NCBI GenBank assembly: GCA_030605835.1 | Contig: JAUWHO010000001.1 | Location: forward strand, 29,966 to 93,965 | DNA: 64,000 nucleotides | Direction of reading: 5' to 3' | DNA from: Candidatus Zixiibacteriota bacterium | GTDB lineage: Bacteria; Zixibacteria; MSB-5A5; DG-27 | In this document: piece after piece, positions 20,456 to 29,063 of the stretch | Layout: every line of letters begins with the position of its first letter | Numbering within the stretch: position 1 is the stretch's first letter | Made by a program: the position numbers and the translations under genes | The notes under the pieces: model-generated | The model's database searches: none | The model's input: the letters and a program-made list of their open reading frames with translations, nothing else | What the model was told of the DNA's origin: nothing

Positions 20456-20545
20456 AATGTATATGCCGGCAGGGACAGACAGTCCTGGATAAGCTTGACA
20501 GGATCAAGCGCAAAACCATGAGGCTGAGGCGCGCTCAGAATCGCC
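20456..20545 (+). mobile_element. Possible frameshifted remnant of an IS3/IS481-like transposase C-terminus
   Basis: NVYAGRDR/(frameshift)VLDKLDRIKRKTMRLRRAQNR resembles the 'DVYFGR..IL..R.RIKR.T...RR' tail of such transposases (from memory). Confidence 0.4.
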
Positions 20546-20672
20546 CAACATGTTTTTCAGCCGTTGCGGGTTTTTGGGGCATTTAAGCTACGATTCAGAA
20601 ATAAACTTGCGAGTTTACCAAACTCTGAATTCACGCAACAGCCCCGAAATCGGCTGCAAAAAATCGTTATGT
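20543..20672 (-). mobile_element. Integron attC site (130 bp)
   Basis: Minus strand: R'' ACATAAC, 5 nt, L'' TTT(G)CAGC, long imperfect hairpin, L' GCTGAAA, 5 nt, R' GTTGGGC. Confidence 0.9.
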
Positions 20673-21512
20673 ATTTTCAATTATGCCACTATTGACGCAT
20701 ATTTGTGTGAACAGTGCTCCAACATTAAATAGGACTGTATTTCCTGTATCAATTCCCAGTTTATTTACTTTTATCTTAACTTTAATTTCAGCTTTTTTCC
20801 GTGCATCAAAAATTGCAAATATACCTTGCGCACCCTTACTTCCCGTAATATTCACTCTTGCTGGATTGTTTTCAAATTCTTTTGAGCAGGTTTTAAGAAC
20901 ATAACTTTTTATATCCTGCTCATCTGTTAACTCTAAATATTCTTTAGTCACGAACTCATTACCATAAAATTCCATTTTTGTTAGGATAGAAAAGTCTTCT
21001 TCTCTGTCAAAGGAAATAACGTCAATGCTCATAAAGAATCTATTATCAAGGGTTCCTTGTTCTATCAGGTAATCTATATAATAATCTAAACCATCAGTTA
21101 TTCTGCCTGAGTTATCAATATTGTATTTCTTTTTAAGAACCGCCAGAAGTTTCTTTAGCCCAGTATCAAAGTTACCCCGAAAATCAGCGTAGAGTTTGTC
21201 TCTTAGTAGAAGCGGTATTTTGCAATCATCAATAATAACTGGAAGTATTGTTATTTTCTTATCTTCAATTTCTTTTAATAGCCCTGCATTAATTTCCCTC
21301 TTAACCCACTCGGATTTTATTGAGTTATTTGAAAATACAACACAAATGTAGCTTGCTCCTTCAAGACCATCCTGAATCTTATTGATAAATGAATCACCAA
21401 CACTGATTTGCCACTCATCTTTCCATACCTTGACATTATGAGAAATGAGAGACATAGCTAGTTTATCAACAAATTCGCTATCTTGATGGTTATAACTTAT
21501 AAATACTGACAT
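20667..21512 (-). CDS. TIR domain protein with unassigned C-terminal domain (integron cassette)
   Basis: VFISYNHQD..VWKDEWQISVGD..SEWVKREI..LYADFR; AT-rich; its stop codon lies within the attC R'' box. Confidence 0.9.
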   Translation of the reverse strand: MSVFISYNHQDSEFVDKLAMSLISHNVKVWKDEWQISVGDSFINKIQDGLEGASYICVVFSNNSIKSEWVKREINAGLLKEIEDKKITILPVIIDDCKIPLLLRDKLYADFRGNFDTGLKKLLAVLKKKYNIDNSGRITDGLDYYIDYLIEQGTLDNRFFMSIDVISFDREEDFSILTKMEFYGNEFVTKEYLELTDEQDIKSYVLKTCSKEFENNPARVNITGSKGAQGIFAIFDARKKAEIKVKIKVNKLGIDTGNTVLFNVGALFTQICVNSGIIENT

Positions 21513-21534
21513 AGATTTTCACTATTATCTCATC

Positions 21535-21606
21535 ACATAACGATAAGGATAACCCCCTGGTATGGAGCGCAGCGGAATACCAGTCGGGTTCATCTTTTTG
21601 TTATGC
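21535..21606 (-). mobile_element. Integron attC site (72 bp)
   Basis: Minus strand: R'' GCATAAC, AAAAA, L'' GAT(G)AACC, CTGGTAT..ATACCAG stem, L' GGTTATC, 6 nt, R' GTTATGT. Confidence 0.93.
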
Positions 21607-21617
21607 TAAATTAAGTC

Positions 21618-22001
21618 TCAGTCCCGAATAGCTTTTGCTATCTCCTTAGCTGCAGAAACTGGAGAGCTTTCACGCAAATATTGATATTTTACTAAGGATA
21701 AAGGTAGTCGCTCATGTCCAACTTCATCAATAACAACTGGAATAATCCTTTTTTTGTCAGCCACAGCAGCCCCTAACTCAAAATATATCCATGGACTTTG
21801 AAGGCTATTTGAACTTAACAAAACCACCAAAGTGCTACTCGCCCGAAGTGCCTCTTGAGTTTGTTGCCTAATATCTTCCCCTAAGGATATTTCATGATAA
21901 TCAAACCAAACTTCAATTCCTTCCTGCTCAAGGGTTTCAGCGAATGCTTGCACCCAACGTCTGTCTTTGAAGGAGTAGGATAAGAATATTTTATTCTTCA
22001 T
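21618..22001 (-). CDS. Stand-alone TIR domain protein (integron cassette)
   Basis: IFLSYS..VWFD..SPWIYFELGAA..IIPV. Confidence 0.9.
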   Translation of the reverse strand: MKNKIFLSYSFKDRRWVQAFAETLEQEGIEVWFDYHEISLGEDIRQQTQEALRASSTLVVLLSSNSLQSPWIYFELGAAVADKKRIIPVVIDEVGHERLPLSLVKYQYLRESSPVSAAKEIAKAIRD

Positions 22002-22435
22002 TTCTCTACCCCCATCTTAGAATCTTTGTTGACACGCTCTTCAAGCTGACCGAAATATTGGTCAATATCATTTAAACTAATGATGTCCCTTTTCTTTAGG
22101 AATACAGGTGCGTTGGGACGAGATTGAAATTCTGAAGGGGATAAACCGTGCAAAACCACAATTATTGGGATTCTCCTTATCCACGCTGCTCCTATTTCTG
22201 CCCATACGTATGGCCTCTCAAATGACCATGGTGTGAATAACACTAATAATTCATCTGCCTTATCCAAAAACTCTAGAATATCTTCCTCGAATTCAGCACC
22301 AATATCGACATCTGCCTCATCGAGAAATGGAGTAGCATTGTGAGATGTTATTTCTCTTGCTATCTGCCTTGCCACCCAAGTATCTTGCCCCGAATGGCTA
22401 ACAAACACCAATTTTTCATTAGTTTGGTCGGTCAT
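21998..22435 (-). CDS. Stand-alone TIR domain protein (integron cassette)
   Basis: VFVSHS..FLDEADV..PYVWAEIGAA; ATGA overlap with the next TIR gene. Confidence 0.9.
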   Translation of the reverse strand: MTDQTNEKLVFVSHSGQDTWVARQIAREITSHNATPFLDEADVDIGAEFEEDILEFLDKADELLVLFTPWSFERPYVWAEIGAAWIRRIPIIVVLHGLSPSEFQSRPNAPVFLKKRDIISLNDIDQYFGQLEERVNKDSKMGVEK

Positions 22436-22462
22436 TCCATTAAGACCTTTTCTGTTTTATTG

Positions 22463-22481
22463 GCATAACAATGATTATACA
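22463..22481 (-). mobile_element. Putative attI-like recombination site at the head of the array
   Basis: TGTATAA-TCATT-GTTATGC; GTTATGC complements R'' GCATAAC of the first cassette; no matching attC arm upstream. Confidence 0.6.
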
Positions 22482-22906
22482 GTGTGCATAAACCGGCAAA
22501 GATAGACTTTTTCCTTCCGTATAAACCTTCTGAGCATTTCATAGTTCATGGGCCTAAGTCCTTGAATATCCATGTTATATCTCCTCTCATCATCTCAACG
22601 GGGTTTGTCTTATACAGTCTGTATAAGACGGCTCAAAGCCCATCTCCGGGGCTGCGCACCCCCTTGCGGCCGCGGTTCAGATGCTTCGATTCACTACAGA
22701 CAACTGATGAAGAGCCCGAAGGCCTTCGATCCACTCTCCCAACACTTATGACGCCACCGCTCTCTTGCACGAATTTCTCCGGCTTTTCAATGTATTTCGC
22801 ATATAATATATCTCTGACAAAGAGTCAAGAAAAACTTATCTTTTTCTGCCATGCTACGCCAACCCTTGAGTGCGGTCCGGAAAATGCCTGTGGATATCTT
22901 AATGGG

Positions 22907-22999
22907 TGGGATGCTTCTGATGTCTCCTCTGGTCTTTACTTCTACAAATTGACCGCTGGTGACTTGTCTGAGACTAAAAGGATGATTCTATTGAAATAG
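22907..22999 (+). pseudogene. Orphan duplicate of a CTD 3' end
   Basis: WDASDVSSGLYFYKLTAGDLSETKRMILLK*, colinear with 20289-20381; the upstream part of ORF 22484-22999 does not look coding. Confidence 0.85.
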
Positions 23000-23259
23000 T
23001 GTCACCAGCTAGCCTCGCCGAAGACACCAGGGATTAGATTAGCGTAGGTCAAGTATCAGACCGAAGCTAACTTCCATCAAGCGGCAGGAATTTTCTTGAC
23101 AACAGGGGGCTTTTTTGTATCTTTGGAAATGAAAGGGCTTGATGACGCCGCCCCATTCTAACTGGTCAGAATGAACTCTACCGCGGGGCGATCATCTGTT
23201 TGACAGTCCGAAGCGTGTCTAAAACGTCCGAAGTCTTACCATTCCAAAAAGGAGGAGCT

Positions 23260-24957
23260 ATGAAGAGAAGCTATTTTCTTTCGATGCTTCTGATTGTCTT
23301 TCTTTTTACTTCTTCTCTATCCTGGGGCGAATTCAAGTATGCGGTGCTGGTAAATAACTCCACCTATCAGATCCCGGAGTGGGCCCTTGTTGCTGATACT
23401 CTGAAGTCGCGCTACGACGGTGAGATTTTCACCTGGGAAAGCTCGGTGTGGGACGTGCGCTCGGAATTGTCAGCTTACAAGCCAACCCACATCGCCTTCG
23501 TCTGCGAGCCCCTGACCGCCAGCGCCGGTTTCGTCCAGATAGTGTGGCCCTTTACCCGCTGCCTCGACGATGATCCCTACGGTGATGCCATCTGGGGGAT
23601 AATCACCGGTTACGACGCTGCAGACGCTCTTCGCCTGGCCAACTGTGAGCCTTTTGTGGTTAAGAACATGCTTGGAGGCACGATGAGCTGTGATGTGAAC
23701 TATTACCCCCAGGGAATAGCCACCAGCGAGGCAACTTACAATCGCATCCGCTTCAAGTATCTGGACGGCACCATCATCGACACCACCGATGAGAATCTCT
23801 GCCCCACCGACCGCACCGAGTTCCTTATGGACATGATAAACGCCGACACTATCGACATCTTTATGACCAGCGGACACGGCAACCACGACCGCTGGCAACT
23901 GCACTATCCCTCTCCCGACCTGGAGGGGTTTTTCATGTCCAGCGCTGGTCAACTCTACGGAGATCCTCGTATCGGTCCGAACATCAACGCCAATTCCGTC
24001 AATCCCAAAATCTACTTAGCCTTAGGCAACTGTTATGTCGGCAAACTTCAGAACCTGAATTCGATGGCTCCCGCCTGGATCCATACCGGCGGAGCCTCTC
24101 TCATGACCGGCTATGTGGAGTGGGAGGGCACCTATAGCCACCAGCACGGTGGCACCAAAGCTTTCTTCGCCCGCCAGGGGCTTTACACTTGGCCGGAGGC
24201 ATTCTTTTTAGCCAACCAGGCCCTTTACTTTGACCTCGACAACCACACTCCTGGCACTAACCCCCCAGATTTGAACTGGTCGGCGCTCTACGGAGACCCA
24301 GCTTTGGATGCCCGTCTGGACACCGTGTCTGGGGTTATTCCCGGCTCGATGTATGAGGAGCAGATTGAGATCGTGCCCGGAGACGACAAAGACACTGTCA
24401 CGGTGCGGATTGTCATGAACCGGGAGGACTCGCCGGGCTACAACGGGAAGTGGGGGAATCGCCATCCCATTATTCTTTTCCCCTTCCGGGCTGAAAATCC
24501 GGTCATCATCAAATACGACCCGGAATGTTATACCGCCGAGGTTACCGATGATTTCTTCTTGATGTGTATCTGGTGGCTGGGTGACGCTCCCCTTCCAGCG
24601 GGAGCGACCCGGGAGTTCGTCTTCACCTGCGACCACATGGTCACCTCCGTGGAGGAACCTGCCTCACCACCTCTGCCGAGCAAGATAGTCCTTTACCAGA
24701 ACCGTCCCAATCCCTTCAACGCCCAGACTCAGATCAGATATCAACTCTGCTCCCCGACCGCGGTCAACTTGGCAATCTACAACCTCCAGGGGGAACGGGT
24801 CTGCACTCTGTTCGAAGGGTATCAATATCCGGGAACATACAACCTCATCTGGGACGGTCGCAATCAGAGGGGAGGCGAGGTGGTCTCGGGAATCTACTTC
24901 TACCGCTTGACCTCCGGCGACATCTCCGAGAGCCGACCGCTCTTATTGTTGAAATAA
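23260..24957 (+). CDS. Secreted protein with possible C25/caspase-fold cysteine peptidase domain and CTD
   Basis: Signal peptide after GGAGG; SGHG, GNC and YGDP motifs; QNRPNPFN CTD. Confidence 0.7.
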   Translation: MKRSYFLSMLLIVFLFTSSLSWGEFKYAVLVNNSTYQIPEWALVADTLKSRYDGEIFTWESSVWDVRSELSAYKPTHIAFVCEPLTASAGFVQIVWPFTRCLDDDPYGDAIWGIITGYDAADALRLANCEPFVVKNMLGGTMSCDVNYYPQGIATSEATYNRIRFKYLDGTIIDTTDENLCPTDRTEFLMDMINADTIDIFMTSGHGNHDRWQLHYPSPDLEGFFMSSAGQLYGDPRIGPNINANSVNPKIYLALGNCYVGKLQNLNSMAPAWIHTGGASLMTGYVEWEGTYSHQHGGTKAFFARQGLYTWPEAFFLANQALYFDLDNHTPGTNPPDLNWSALYGDPALDARLDTVSGVIPGSMYEEQIEIVPGDDKDTVTVRIVMNREDSPGYNGKWGNRHPIILFPFRAENPVIIKYDPECYTAEVTDDFFLMCIWWLGDAPLPAGATREFVFTCDHMVTSVEEPASPPLPSKIVLYQNRPNPFNAQTQIRYQLCSPTAVNLAIYNLQGERVCTLFEGYQYPGTYNLIWDGRNQRGGEVVSGIYFYRLTSGDISESRPLLLLK

Positions 24958-25044
24958 GTTTTTTGTACGGCCCGGAGAGATTGAGTTAGTTCTCGGTGAG
25001 AGAACCGAGAGCTGAACCTTGCATCAGATTTGAAGGGTGTTGTA

Positions 25045-27132
25045 ATGAAATCCATACTCAAAGCATTCTTTAGGTTCGGAGCTCTGCTTTCAATCTGCTG
25101 TTTTCTATCTCCGATTACGCTCCTGGCACAGTGGCAACTCGTAGATTCCACAAGCTTCCAGGTGAGATTAGCTGCAGATAGCAACTGCTTTATTACATTC
25201 AATCCCGGAGATGATTCTTTAGAGGTCACCCTCCCCGAAAGAGGGCTTTCGGAGACGGCGCTTTTGGCTTTGGAGAAAGCTCCCGATTGGTTGAAGCCAG
25301 CTCTGGGGGACAATCTCGCCAGGCTGGCAACCGGGCTGCAGGACACCTACGCGGCGATAATACTGAATTCCACCGACCCGTTTGTTGATGAACTCTGTTT
25401 CGAGATTGCCCAGCTAGCCCCGCGGACCCTGCGGGATATGGAGAGATGGGAGGCTTTGGAGGTCTTGACGGAAAATGTGGCCTCCCTTTACAGCATTGAT
25501 AACTTCCTGGAGTATGCTGACATCCTTGACTACGGCAACTCCTCCCAGGGGGGTGACTATTATTCGACCGTCAGTTACCGAGTGGAAGAGGAGGGGGATA
25601 CTCTGGAGTTCGAGCTCCCCAAAGAGATCTATTACTGGTATCTGGTTCATCCCAAAATCCACAAGGAGCTCCCGGCATACATCGACCCCAATACCGGAAA
25701 CCCCTCCTGGCCTCCTTACGGGTTTTTCTGGAGAGACTATTTGATGAATTACGCCGACGGAGGCTATCCCTTACTGAAAGATATGCTTGAGGGAGTGGAG
25801 ACTCTCTGGAACAACATCCCCGACAATATTGAAAACGGCGCCGTTGGAGTTTTAACCGCCTGGGTCGATTCGGTGATGGACTTTATATCCTACCCTCATC
25901 ACGACCAGCCGGTGAGGATATACCACCTCCATATAGGGACTTGCAGCGTTCACTCTTACCTGACCTCGGCGGCAGCGAGGGCGGCCTTGATTCCCGCCAC
26001 CGTGACGGTGATGTACAGCAACGACCATAAGGTCAACGAGTTCTGGGAACGGCGCTGGATCAGCTGGGAACCGGTGGGGATACACATTGACAATCCCCGC
26101 TGCTACGACCCCGGTTGGGGCTGGGATATTGCCGCCGTCTTCAACTGGAAAGGGAACGGCTTCATCTGGGATGTCACCGAGAGATACACCGAGGTCTGCA
26201 CCTTGAAAGTCACCATCACTGACGCTGGTGGCAGCCCCGTCGATGGTGCCCGAATAAAACTCCATAGTGCACCCTGTGTGGCCTGGGGAGCCACCGCGGG
26301 ATGGACAATCGAGACCGGGGAAAAACAGTTCCTCTTGGGGGACAGTCGCGATTTCACCGGTCGAGTGGACAGCGAACTCGGAGGCTACCCTCCGAGCGGG
26401 ATGGAACAGATAATCACCGGTAGCCAGCCGGGAGCGGTTTATACCTGGGAGGTCACCCTCCCGGGGGATATGCCCCAGCTTGAGATTCTGCCCGACACCC
26501 TTCCCGAAAACCCCAGGGATGAATTCAAAATCGAGCTGGAGTTTGAGCTCCCTTCAGAGATCCTTTACGGTGACAACCTCGACGACAACGACAGCTTCTC
26601 GGAGTTCGTCTCGCCGGGGCAAATAGACCTCTTCATCTGCGATCAGGCCAACTTCGATGACTATATCGCCGGTAGTGAATTCAAAGCCTTTGAAATCAAT
26701 CGTGGGGTCCCGCAGGGTACGCTCGAGTTTGTCTTTCCAACCGATGATGTCTGGTATCTGGTTTTCTCCAATGAGAAATCAACAGTGCTCACGCAGCAGT
26801 TAGAGATGGTCGCCTACCTCTACCAGAAATCGACCGGAGTTGCCGAGAGAGAGGAATCCGAAATACCCCAAAGCTTCAAGCTGGTGGGGAACTATCCTAA
26901 TCCCTTCAATAGCCAGACTACCATCAGCTATCAGTTGCCGGTGAACAGCGAGGTGAAATTGGAGCTTTACAACTTACTGGGACAGAAGATAACCACATTG
27001 GTTGACGAAAGACAGGAAGCCGGATACAGGTCAGTCATCTGGGAAGCTACCGCAGTTTCTTCTGGTATCTATTTCTGCAAGTTGACCACGGAAGAATTCG
27101 TTCAGACAAAGAGGATGTTGCTGATTCAATAA
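25045..27132 (+). CDS. Secreted transglutaminase-like domain protein with CTD
   Basis: GTC..S.L..AAARAALIP..DHKVNEFW..RW; NYPNPFN CTD. Confidence 0.75.
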   Translation: MKSILKAFFRFGALLSICCFLSPITLLAQWQLVDSTSFQVRLAADSNCFITFNPGDDSLEVTLPERGLSETALLALEKAPDWLKPALGDNLARLATGLQDTYAAIILNSTDPFVDELCFEIAQLAPRTLRDMERWEALEVLTENVASLYSIDNFLEYADILDYGNSSQGGDYYSTVSYRVEEEGDTLEFELPKEIYYWYLVHPKIHKELPAYIDPNTGNPSWPPYGFFWRDYLMNYADGGYPLLKDMLEGVETLWNNIPDNIENGAVGVLTAWVDSVMDFISYPHHDQPVRIYHLHIGTCSVHSYLTSAAARAALIPATVTVMYSNDHKVNEFWERRWISWEPVGIHIDNPRCYDPGWGWDIAAVFNWKGNGFIWDVTERYTEVCTLKVTITDAGGSPVDGARIKLHSAPCVAWGATAGWTIETGEKQFLLGDSRDFTGRVDSELGGYPPSGMEQIITGSQPGAVYTWEVTLPGDMPQLEILPDTLPENPRDEFKIELEFELPSEILYGDNLDDNDSFSEFVSPGQIDLFICDQANFDDYIAGSEFKAFEINRGVPQGTLEFVFPTDDVWYLVFSNEKSTVLTQQLEMVAYLYQKSTGVAEREESEIPQSFKLVGNYPNPFNSQTTISYQLPVNSEVKLELYNLLGQKITTLVDERQEAGYRSVIWEATAVSSGIYFCKLTTEEFVQTKRMLLIQ

Positions 27133-27162
27133 AGAAGAACCTCTGAACTCACTGGAGCTATT

Positions 27163-28302
27163 GTGAGAAATGAAGTAAGCCCAAAAGCGATCTGCGTTTT
27201 TGCTCTGGCAGTTCTCTACCTGATACTTATTCGAAGTGCGCCCGCCTATTGTGAGGTACCAGTCGATTTCTTCGACCAGATTGCGGAGGAGAAAATCTGG
27301 GAGGGATTTCCGGTTATCTGGATTGCCTCCTACAGCGATCCCATGACTGGTTACGACGTCAACTGCGACAAAAACACCCGATTCAAAGGGATGGGTTTAC
27401 CCCTGCGAAAAATCGAGAAACAGGATTCGGTCTCCTATCTCTATTTCCTCAGCGGTGCTTTTCTCCTCCAGGACTTGCAGGGAGACTGGAATTACCTTTA
27501 TCGCCTGTGGGCATTTCTGAACCTCTCCGAAGATGGGAGGATACTCAAGATTGCCGCCGAAGAGGGTCCTTTCCGTTATTTGGGTTATAATCCCTCCCCC
27601 TACGATTCAGGGTATCAGTTCATGATGGTGGAGGGGAACCACTATCCTCCCACTGGTCATTCCGGTTCTATTTGGATAGATGGTCACTATCAAGAGATCC
27701 CCACTCCGGAGGTGGTCTATGAGATCTCGGCATATCATTTCGAGGGGGAAGACACCGTCAGTTTCTCTGGCGTGGCCTTAGAACCTGTTCAGATGGGGGG
27801 AATCGATTATCATCTGACCGGAGGCATAATTGAACAGGCCTCTTCCAAGATTAGGCCTCACCGGATCTTCGGCACCCTGGAATACGACGGCTCTTATCAT
27901 TTGTATTTAGAGTCGGATTACATCGATTACTGGGGGAGATATATTGGACAATACTATGGTGAGGGAGACTACTGGGACGTCCTTGTCGTGGAGGAAATTA
28001 GTCCACAGTGTCTCCGAAGAGGGGAGCTTGAGGGACAAGTCCAGCCGATGTCAGGCAACGTGTGTCCTAATCCCTTCAACGTTTCCACAACCATCAGCTA
28101 TCGGCTGCCGGTGAACAGCGAGGTAAAACTGGAAGTTTACAACCTTCTCGGGCAGAAAGTGATAACGTTGGTTGAAGAAAAACAACAGGCCGGATACAAG
28201 TCAGTAATCTGGGAAACCTCGAACATATCCTCTGGTATCTATTTCTACAAGCTGACCGCTGGGGATCTTAACGAAACCAAGAGGATGACGTTATTGAAAT
28301 AG
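27163..28302 (+). CDS. Secreted hypothetical protein with CTD
   Basis: Signal peptide; CPNPFN CTD closely similar to that of the preceding gene. Confidence 0.8.
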   Translation: MRNEVSPKAICVFALAVLYLILIRSAPAYCEVPVDFFDQIAEEKIWEGFPVIWIASYSDPMTGYDVNCDKNTRFKGMGLPLRKIEKQDSVSYLYFLSGAFLLQDLQGDWNYLYRLWAFLNLSEDGRILKIAAEEGPFRYLGYNPSPYDSGYQFMMVEGNHYPPTGHSGSIWIDGHYQEIPTPEVVYEISAYHFEGEDTVSFSGVALEPVQMGGIDYHLTGGIIEQASSKIRPHRIFGTLEYDGSYHLYLESDYIDYWGRYIGQYYGEGDYWDVLVVEEISPQCLRRGELEGQVQPMSGNVCPNPFNVSTTISYRLPVNSEVKLEVYNLLGQKVITLVEEKQQAGYKSVIWETSNISSGIYFYKLTAGDLNETKRMTLLK

Positions 28303-28306
28303 AATT

Positions 28307-28335
28307 AGGGGGAGACGCTAACCTCGCCTCCCCCT
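28307..28335. terminator. Hairpin between convergent genes
   Basis: AGGGGGAGACG/CGCCTCCCCCT stem. Confidence 0.55.
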
Positions 28336-28371
28336 GAAGATATCTGTTTGCTTTGTTCCCTGGGTCGTTAT

Positions 28372-28944
28372 TCAGTTCCCAGACCGGGACCGTGACCGCC
28401 ATGGGGTTGCTGGGGCCAACGGTGCCCCCCCCCGAGTCCCCTCCATCTTCCCCATTCCCATACAGGGAGTTGCACAACCAGGACGGTCCATACAGCAACG
28501 GTGTCCCCGGCGAGCCTCTTTCATCCTCTTCATCCGCAATTCTTTGAAGGCTTGCTTCTGTTCAGTGGTGAGGATCGACATGACGTCAATTTTCGCGCCC
28601 GCTTCGTTCTTGTGAATCTTGGCCTTTAGCTGAGAGAGCTCGTCAATCTTTCTGTTGACCTTAGACTTGACGGGACTATCGGAGTGCATCAGCTCCTTGA
28701 GCTCCAGTTGGGCGATCTCCAGGTCGGCCTGCAGCTTGATGATCTGCTTCCGCGAGTCCAGATGGATGCTCTTGATCTTGTCAGTTTGAGCCTGCTCCAG
28801 ACCGATCTTTTGGGCACACTCAAGAAGCATCATCCCGTGGTGTCCTCCCGGGGGACCGCCGCAGCAATGCCTGCCTCCATAAGCCAGACCCATGAAGACG
28901 GTGATTGTGAGAACGAGGCTCAACGTCAAGGTTTTCTTCAACAT
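28372..28944 (-). CDS. Spy/CpxP-family periplasmic protein
   Basis: Signal peptide, helical body, LTTEQ (LTxxQ) motif, Cys/His-rich flanks. Confidence 0.82.
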   Translation of the reverse strand: MLKKTLTLSLVLTITVFMGLAYGGRHCCGGPPGGHHGMMLLECAQKIGLEQAQTDKIKSIHLDSRKQIIKLQADLEIAQLELKELMHSDSPVKSKVNRKIDELSQLKAKIHKNEAGAKIDVMSILTTEQKQAFKELRMKRMKEARRGHRCCMDRPGCATPCMGMGKMEGTRGGAPLAPATPWRSRSRSGN

Positions 28945-29063
28945 CTCTTCCTCCTAACTTGAGTTATGGTTGAAATCATACCGTTCTTCTCTTGCCATCT
29001 CTGTTCACGAAAAAGTAAACACCTTACGCCAGACTGTCGGCTGTTTTCTTTCTCTGCGCACAT

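Noticed and set aside
22607..22629. Nextera/Tn5 mosaic-end contamination
   Set aside because: It shares only TCTTATACA with CTGTCTCTTATACACATCT and forms its own perfect palindrome.
22484..22999. 171-aa ORF as a real gene or integron integrase
   Set aside because: No tyrosine-recombinase motifs; only the last 30 codons are CTD-like and the rest overlies non-coding leader features.
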